From assembly GCA_965203355.1 (NCBI GenBank), contig OZ241889.1:288001-352000 (forward strand): a stretch of 64,000 nt of DNA, in the 5' to 3' direction. This stretch comes from Candidatus Latescibacterota bacterium (GTDB taxonomy: Bacteria > Latescibacterota > UBA2968 > UBA8231). A program made the translations under genes and the position numbers. Each line of letters starts with the position of its first letter. Position 1 is the first letter of the stretch. Positions 58,040-64,000 of this stretch are shown here, piece by piece. The notes under the pieces are model-generated. The model was not told the origin of the DNA. It was given only the letters and a program-made list of their open reading frames with translations, and did not search any database.

Positions 58040-59587
58040 ATGAACAGACGCAAACTGCCCATCGGCATTCAGACCTTCCGCAAAATTCGCGAAGAAGACT
58101 ACTACTACGTCGATAAAACCGCCTACGTCCGCCGACTGCTCAACGAGGGTACGCACTATTTCCTGTCGCGTCCCCGGCGCTTTGGCAAGAGTCTATTCTT
58201 GGACACGCTCAAGGAGGTGTTCGAGGGCAACGAGCCGCTGTTTGAAGGGCTTTACATCCGCGACCACTGGGATTGGTCGGTGCGCTATCCGGTCCTGCGG
58301 CTCGACTTCAGCAGCGGCAACTACCAAGGGCCGGACGACTTGCGGAAGGAAGTTGCGGCGCAATTAAACGTCTTGGAGAACGAAGCGGAAGTCGTCCCGC
58401 ACGACGACGAAGCACCCGCCCGCTTCCGCTACTTGATGCAGGTGCTGCACGAGCGCAGCGGTCAGCGCGTTGCGGTGCTGATCGACGAATACGACAAGCC
58501 GATACTGGATGCGCTAGAGGCGCCGGAAATAGCCCGCGCCAACCGCGACTTTCTGCGCGGCCTGTATTCGACCGTGAAGTTTGCCGACGCGCATATCCAC
58601 TTCACGTTCATTACCGGAGTCAGCAAATTTTCCAAGGTCAGTTTGTTTTCTGGCCTCAATAACCTGAAGGACATCACGCTAGACCCTCGCTACTCAGCCC
58701 TCGGCGGCTATACCGACGCGGACTTGGATACCGTGTTCGCACCGGAGCTGCCCGGCTTGGACCGGAATCAAATCCGCGACTGGTACAACGGCTACCGTTG
58801 GCGGGGCCACGAGAAGGTGTACAATCCCTTTGACATCCTGCTGCTGTTCGACAGCCGCGAGTTCAGGGCTTATTGGTTTGAGACCGGTACGCCGACGTTC
58901 TTGGTCGAGACGCTATTCGAGCGCCGCGTCAGTTCCCTCGCCCTCGGCGAGATGGTTGGGAGCGATGAATTGCTCTCAACCTTTGACGTCGATTACATCG
59001 CAACCGAAGCGCTCCTGTTCCAGACTGGCTACCTGACGATAACCGACGAGGAAGATGTCGGCGGCGAGCTTGTTTATCGCTTGGGCTACCCCAACCGGGA
59101 GGTGCGGCAAAGCCTGAACCGCAGCTTGCTGCGCTACCTCGTGCGCGATGCCACGCAGCAGATGGCCAACAGCGTCCGGCTGTATCGGCTGCTAGAAGCC
59201 AACGACTTCGCCGGGCTGGAGACGCTGTTCCACGCGTTCTTTGCCAGCATTCCCTACGAGTGGTACACCAACAACGACATCGCCCGTTACGAGGGCTACT
59301 ACGCCAGCGTGTTCTACTCCTATTTCGCGGGGTTGGGACTGAATATCGCGGTGGAAGATAGCAGCAGCCACGGCCGACTGGACATGGCCGTTTTGTTCAA
59401 CAACCACGTCTATCTGTTTGAGTTCAAGGTGGTCGAAATGGCGTCGGCGGGTGCGGCGATGGCGCAGTTGCAGGAGCGGCGCTACGCGGATAAGTATCGC
59501 GCCTTGGAGCAGCCGATCTACCTGATCGCCGTCGAGTTCAGCAAGGACGAGCGCAACCTAGCGGCGTTTGCCGTGGAACGCGCCTAA
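58040..59587 (+). CDS. AAA-ATPase-like protein with C-terminal PD-(D/E)XK nuclease domain
   Basis: LPIGIQTF, YYVDKT, RPRRFGKS, LIDEYDKP, WYNGY, GRLDM..FEFK. Confidence 0.92.
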   Translation: MNRRKLPIGIQTFRKIREEDYYYVDKTAYVRRLLNEGTHYFLSRPRRFGKSLFLDTLKEVFEGNEPLFEGLYIRDHWDWSVRYPVLRLDFSSGNYQGPDDLRKEVAAQLNVLENEAEVVPHDDEAPARFRYLMQVLHERSGQRVAVLIDEYDKPILDALEAPEIARANRDFLRGLYSTVKFADAHIHFTFITGVSKFSKVSLFSGLNNLKDITLDPRYSALGGYTDADLDTVFAPELPGLDRNQIRDWYNGYRWRGHEKVYNPFDILLLFDSREFRAYWFETGTPTFLVETLFERRVSSLALGEMVGSDELLSTFDVDYIATEALLFQTGYLTITDEEDVGGELVYRLGYPNREVRQSLNRSLLRYLVRDATQQMANSVRLYRLLEANDFAGLETLFHAFFASIPYEWYTNNDIARYEGYYASVFYSYFAGLGLNIAVEDSSSHGRLDMAVLFNNHVYLFEFKVVEMASAGAAMAQLQERRYADKYRALEQPIYLIAVEFSKDERNLAAFAVERA

Positions 59588-59681
59588 CGGAGATCCAACC
59601 GTCGTTTTTGTGCCAACCCCCGGAATTGCACACTCAAAGCCGCCGCGCCAACAAGCCCGCATTGTCTCAAGCGATACGCAA

Positions 59682-60836
59682 TTACCCCGCGCGCTCGTCC
59701 CCGACAAAATCTAGGTTAGCCACCCCAACGCCCCGCTGGTATGCATACGCCTCGTCTACCGGCGCAATGATCCAAGCATTTTCCGGTTGCAAATCGCCGA
59801 CCAACTCAAAGAATCCCCGCGACGGCTTAGGGGCCTTTGAGAACTTACATTCAAAAACCACCGCCCGGCCCCCGCGCTCCATGACCAAGTCGATCTCCGC
59901 TCCGTTGCCCGTGCGAATAAACGATGGTCGCCAGCGAGGCCACGCAGCAATCAGATGCTCCAGCACCAAACCCTCCCATGAGGCACCGACTATCGGGTGG
60001 CCGAGCAATTGGTCGTACCTTTCGATTTCGAGCAGCGCATGCAAGATACCGCTGTCCCTTACATACACTTTGGCAGAGCGGACCAAGCGTTTCTTTAGAT
60101 TCGCCTCGTAGGGAGGCAATAGGCGAATCATGTACGTTTGCTCGAGAATGGCTAGATACTTCTTTAGAGTCGGCACTGATACATCAACCACTCCAGCCAG
60201 TTTGCTATAGTTGATCGTCTGGCCGTGGCAATGCGCCAACATCTGCCATAGCCGCTGCACCACGGGCACTGGGAGGTTCAGGCCGAGCGCGGGAATATCT
60301 CGCTCTAAAAAGGTCTGAATAAAATCCAGCCGCCAAGCGAAGCTGTCCTCTGCATCCCCAGCGAGCAGGCTATCGGGAAACCCTCCGCGGACCCACAACG
60401 TCTGCCAATCGGCAACGCGCCTTGTCTCCGACCGCAAAAATGGCGTCAACCGCAAATAGGCGATGCGACCGGCCAGCGATTCGCTCGACTGCTGGATCAA
60501 CGCCCGTGATGCCGACCCGAGCATCAAAAATCGCCCCGGACGCCGGTCGCGATCAATTTCCGAGCGCAACACGGCAAAGAATTCCGGCAGGCGCTGAATC
60601 TCATCCAGACACACTAGTTCCTGGCGATGTTGTTCGAGAAAGAGTTCGGGTTCGGCGAGTCTGTTGCGATCAATGCGGCTCTGTAAATCCAAATAGGCCG
60701 CTGGCTGGCCTTTTAGATATTGACGGGCCAGTGTTGATTTACCGCATTGACGAGGACCAAGGACGGCAACGGCGGGGGAACGTCCTAAGGCTCGTCTTAA
60801 CTCAGATTCGGCCTTTCTCGGCAAATATCCATGCAA
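59682..60836 (-). CDS. AAA_14 ATPase with DUF4143 domain
   Basis: GPRQCGKSTL, LDEIQ, ESLAGR, RGGFP, DSG, EIDLV..ECK. Confidence 0.92.
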   Translation of the reverse strand: MHGYLPRKAESELRRALGRSPAVAVLGPRQCGKSTLARQYLKGQPAAYLDLQSRIDRNRLAEPELFLEQHRQELVCLDEIQRLPEFFAVLRSEIDRDRRPGRFLMLGSASRALIQQSSESLAGRIAYLRLTPFLRSETRRVADWQTLWVRGGFPDSLLAGDAEDSFAWRLDFIQTFLERDIPALGLNLPVPVVQRLWQMLAHCHGQTINYSKLAGVVDVSVPTLKKYLAILEQTYMIRLLPPYEANLKKRLVRSAKVYVRDSGILHALLEIERYDQLLGHPIVGASWEGLVLEHLIAAWPRWRPSFIRTGNGAEIDLVMERGGRAVVFECKFSKAPKPSRGFFELVGDLQPENAWIIAPVDEAYAYQRGVGVANLDFVGDERAG

Positions 60837-61123
60837 TTTATTAACTTTCTTTATGGTTTTACATGGATAATAGCCAAGTTAAGACAAACCTTCAAATAGA
60901 ATCGTTGCAAATTCTCCTTGTCGCTATACTCCTTATATATTTATCTGCGTCTTTTTAATCGGAAATCAAGCGAAGGTAATGGTAGCTTTACTACCGGCCC
61001 CGCGCCCGACCGAGAACGCACCGCGACAATTGGAGATTGCAAAATGTACCATTACCCAAGCGAAGGGGCGCGCCTCTTGTTGATAGTCCAGGCACGCAAC
61101 GGCGGCAAACGGTTCGGCCGACC

Positions 61124-62527
61124 GTGACTCCGCCTCTATCCCACCGCACCAAACTCGGCTACGGGGCCGCCGATTGGGGCTTGGCCGCCGTGGAGTCGAT
61201 GGTGCAGATCTATCTGTTCAAGTTCTACAACATTGTCGTCGGCCTACCCGCGCTCTACACCGGCCTAGCGTTGGCCTTGGCCATTGTTTGGGACGCGATC
61301 ACGGATCCCCTCATGGGCGGCCTCTCCGACCGCTCCCGCTGGTCCGGCGGGCGACGACGGCCCTACTTGCTGCCCGGGGCCGGGCTGTTGGCCGTTTCCT
61401 TCATCTGGATTTTCAACCCTCCGCCCCTCGACAGCAACGCCGCCCGCTTCGCCTTTTTGCTGATCTCGTTCATCCTGCTCAATACCGCTATGACCGTGGT
61501 CGGCGTACCGCATTCGGCCCTGGGCAGCGAATTGAGCTTTGACCGCGACCAGCGCACCCAACTTTTCGCCTACAAACGGCTTTTCGGCACCGTGGGTGCG
61601 CTAGTCGGCTTGTGGCTACCTGGCCTCATCTTGGCCCAACTGGACGGCCAAGCCGACCCGACCGGTGCCCAAGCACGCGGCTTGGCCAGTTGGTGGCTGG
61701 CCACCCCCATCGTGCTATGTGCTTGGGTCACTTTGCGGGCCACTCGTGGCCTCGACCGGCCCACCGACCACGCCCAACCCCAAAAACCGCTCCATCTCTG
61801 GCGTCTATTGGCCGACCAGCGAAGCACGTGGGCCAATCCCTTTTTCCGCGTCCTGTTGCTGGCCTTTCTAGTCGCCACAATCGGCCGCACGCTCAACGCC
61901 TCCACCGCGCTCTACTACTACGAATATCGCTTGCAGCTAACCGAGCAAGAGACCATCGGCTGGATCTTATTGCCCTTTTTCTTCAGCTTCCTCGCCTCTT
62001 TGCCGGGCTGGATCTGGGCTGCTCGCCGCTGGGGCAAAAAAACAGCCGGGGTCATCGGCGTCTGCGGCTTGGGGGTCTCCACCGCCGTGGCCTATCCGCT
62101 CTTTCCCATTGGCGAATTGACCGCGCCCCTGCTCTACGCTCTAGCGGGCGGGGCCTTGGCCGGGGCCGTCATCTTGCTCGACGCTTTGGTCGCCGATACC
62201 ATTGACTACGACAAACTCAAGACGGGCCTCGACCGCGAGGGACTCTACTTTGGCGTCTGGCGCATGGGCACCAAGCTAGCCCGCGCCTTGGGGCTGGGAT
62301 TCAACGGCATCGCGCTGTGGCTGATCGGCTTTTCCGCCGCGTCAGCAGCACAGACCCCCGAGATAGGTTGGCGCTTAGCGTTGCTCTTTGGACCAGCGGT
62401 GGGTATCCTGTTCGTTGGTGCTGGACTCATCCTGTGGCACGTGCCTTTGACCGACGAGCGGCACCAGCGCATTCAGCACCTATTGCGCCGCCGCCGTCAA
62501 AGGCTGCACATTTCACAAGGGGATTAA
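61124..62527 (+). CDS. MFS transporter, glycoside-pentoside-hexuronide (MelB-like) family
   Basis: KLGYG, WDAITDPLMGGLSDR, RRRPY, ADTIDYD..TG..REGLYFG; GTG start inferred. Confidence 0.9.
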   Translation: MTPPLSHRTKLGYGAADWGLAAVESMVQIYLFKFYNIVVGLPALYTGLALALAIVWDAITDPLMGGLSDRSRWSGGRRRPYLLPGAGLLAVSFIWIFNPPPLDSNAARFAFLLISFILLNTAMTVVGVPHSALGSELSFDRDQRTQLFAYKRLFGTVGALVGLWLPGLILAQLDGQADPTGAQARGLASWWLATPIVLCAWVTLRATRGLDRPTDHAQPQKPLHLWRLLADQRSTWANPFFRVLLLAFLVATIGRTLNASTALYYYEYRLQLTEQETIGWILLPFFFSFLASLPGWIWAARRWGKKTAGVIGVCGLGVSTAVAYPLFPIGELTAPLLYALAGGALAGAVILLDALVADTIDYDKLKTGLDREGLYFGVWRMGTKLARALGLGFNGIALWLIGFSAASAAQTPEIGWRLALLFGPAVGILFVGAGLILWHVPLTDERHQRIQHLLRRRRQRLHISQGD

Positions 62528-62618
62528 GGGACAATCGCTGTCGCGGTTGCGCGGGGACTAAAGTTCAGATTTGTATGTCGCGTACCGAGCAATCGCCCGG
62601 CGACAAAAAGGTACCGCC

Positions 62619-64000
62619 ATGAAAATCCATCCCTTCAGCGCTAGAGACCTTTCGCGCTGCATCTTAGCCACCCTCGTCACCAGCCTAGCCGCCATGCCCC
62701 ACGCCCAAGCCGATTCCGACCGCATCCAGCCCTACGCCGCTAATCCGCGCTATTGGCAGTACAAAGGCCAGCCCGTGCTCCTACTCGGCGGCACGATCAA
62801 GGACTGTCTCTTCCAGATACCCGATCTCAAAGCCCATCTCGACCTGCTGCAATCGGTCGGCGGCAACTACGTGCGCAATACCATGAGCGACCGCCGCTCC
62901 TACGGCTATGAGATCAAAGCGTTCCACCAAGCGGCCGACGGCCTGTACAACCTCAACCGCTGGAACCCGGCTTATTGGCAGCGCTTTGCCGATCTTTTGC
63001 GCTGGACCGCCGAGCGCGACATCATCGTCCAGATAGAAATGTGGGATCGCTTTGACCACAGCCGACAACCCTGGCAAGAAAGCCCTTTCAACCCGGCCAA
63101 CAACATCAACTACACCGTCGAGGAGTCGGGCCTCGCAACGGACTATCCCGCTCACCCGGGCGGCAACGAGCAGCCCTTTTTCTACACCGTCCCCACCTCG
63201 CGCAACAACCCAGTCGTGCTGCCCTACCAACAAGCCTTCGTCGATCAAGTCCTCGAGCATTCCCTCGCCTACGACCACGTGCTCTACTGCATGGACAACG
63301 AAACCAGCGGCGATCCAGCGTGGGGGGCCTATTGGAACGGCTACATCAAGGAACGGGCGCAGCGAGCGGGCAAGACCGTTGAAACCACTGAAATGTGGGA
63401 CGAGTGGGACGTGCGCGGGCCGACGCATCGCGCCACCTTCGACCACCCAGCGCAGTACTCTTTCATTGACATTTCGCAGAATAGCTGGCAGCGCGAACAG
63501 ACCAACTGGGATCACGCCCAGTGGGTGTGGCAATACATCGTCGCGCAGCCTCGGCCAATCAATTCGACCAAGATCTACGGTGCCCAGACGCATAAAAGCG
63601 GCATTGACGACCGCCACGCCACCGAATGCTTTTGGCGCAACCTCATCGGCGGCTTTGCCTCCAGCCGCTTTCACCGACCGCCCTCTGGCCTAGGACTAAG
63701 CCCCCAAGCCCAAGCCCACATCCGCAGCGCGCGCATGCTGGCCGAGCGCTTTGGCTTTTTCAACGCCGAGCCGGATTCCGACAGCACCTTGCTGCGCGAT
63801 CGCGCCGCCAACGAAGCCTATCTCAGCCGCGTCCCCAGCCGCCAGTACGCGCTTTACTTTACCGATGGCGGTGCCGTAGGTCTCGACCTGAGCAGAGCAG
63901 CAGGCACCTTCCAAGTCCAATGGCTCGGCCTTGCCACCAGCACTTGGACATCTGCCGCCGACTTGGATGGCGACGCCGTAGTGCAACTAGCTCCGCCCGA
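62619..64000 (+). CDS. Secreted glycoside-hydrolase-like (TIM-barrel) protein (partial, runs off the right edge)
   Basis: Not in the ORF track because it has no stop. Signal peptide AQA/D, then RIQPYAANPRYWQYKGQPVLLLGG, GGNYVRNTMS, IIVQIEMWD and YCMDNET (NE motif). Confidence 0.75.
   Translation, partial: MKIHPFSARDLSRCILATLVTSLAAMPHAQADSDRIQPYAANPRYWQYKGQPVLLLGGTIKDCLFQIPDLKAHLDLLQSVGGNYVRNTMSDRRSYGYEIKAFHQAADGLYNLNRWNPAYWQRFADLLRWTAERDIIVQIEMWDRFDHSRQPWQESPFNPANNINYTVEESGLATDYPAHPGGNEQPFFYTVPTSRNNPVVLPYQQAFVDQVLEHSLAYDHVLYCMDNETSGDPAWGAYWNGYIKERAQRAGKTVETTEMWDEWDVRGPTHRATFDHPAQYSFIDISQNSWQREQTNWDHAQWVWQYIVAQPRPINSTKIYGAQTHKSGIDDRHATECFWRNLIGGFASSRFHRPPSGLGLSPQAQAHIRSARMLAERFGFFNAEPDSDSTLLRDRAANEAYLSRVPSRQYALYFTDGGAVGLDLSRAAGTFQVQWLGLATSTWTSAADLDGDAVVQLAPP

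Overview
GC-rich bacterial chromosome segment. Several secreted proteins end in an NYPNPFN-type FlgD-Ig/T9SS-like C-terminal domain, which suggests an FCB-group organism such as Ca. Latescibacterota (inference only). 1-9.3 kb: three tandem paralogous surface proteins (Calx-beta-like and putative-Ig modules; the largest also has dockerin-like and cohesin-like modules) downstream of a G13 tract. 9.5-34.7 kb: mostly housekeeping genes (gltBD with a divergent Lrp regulator, gltA-hpf-pntAA-pntAB-pntB, CocE/NonD hydrolase, YtoQ, heparinase II/III-like protein, glutaminyl cyclase, moaB, uvrA). 34.8-40.8 kb: AT-richer accessory island with a candidate structured RNA, 33-bp TGT...ACA inverted repeats, an outer-membrane protein gene split by an IS5-family element, two lipoproteins, an Mrr-like nuclease and toxin-antitoxin (TA) modules and remnants. 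The best candidate for an undescribed system is at 47.07-49.72 kb. It is an AT-richer operon between two duplicated metalloprotease genes. It encodes a small precursor with an Flp-prepilin-like leader (FLHDESG), then a Sec-type signal peptide, then a 54-aa 8-cysteine knottin-like core. The same operon encodes an A24 prepilin peptidase, a membrane-anchored CxxC thioredoxin and a CxxC protein with an FMN-attachment motif, behind a promoter with a poly-T tract in its spacer. The rest holds more TA modules, a solitary type I-C-like CRISPR repeat, a divergent pyrD, two AAA ATPases, an MFS transporter and a truncated secreted glycoside-hydrolase-like gene. All calls come from reading motifs by eye; no database searches were run.
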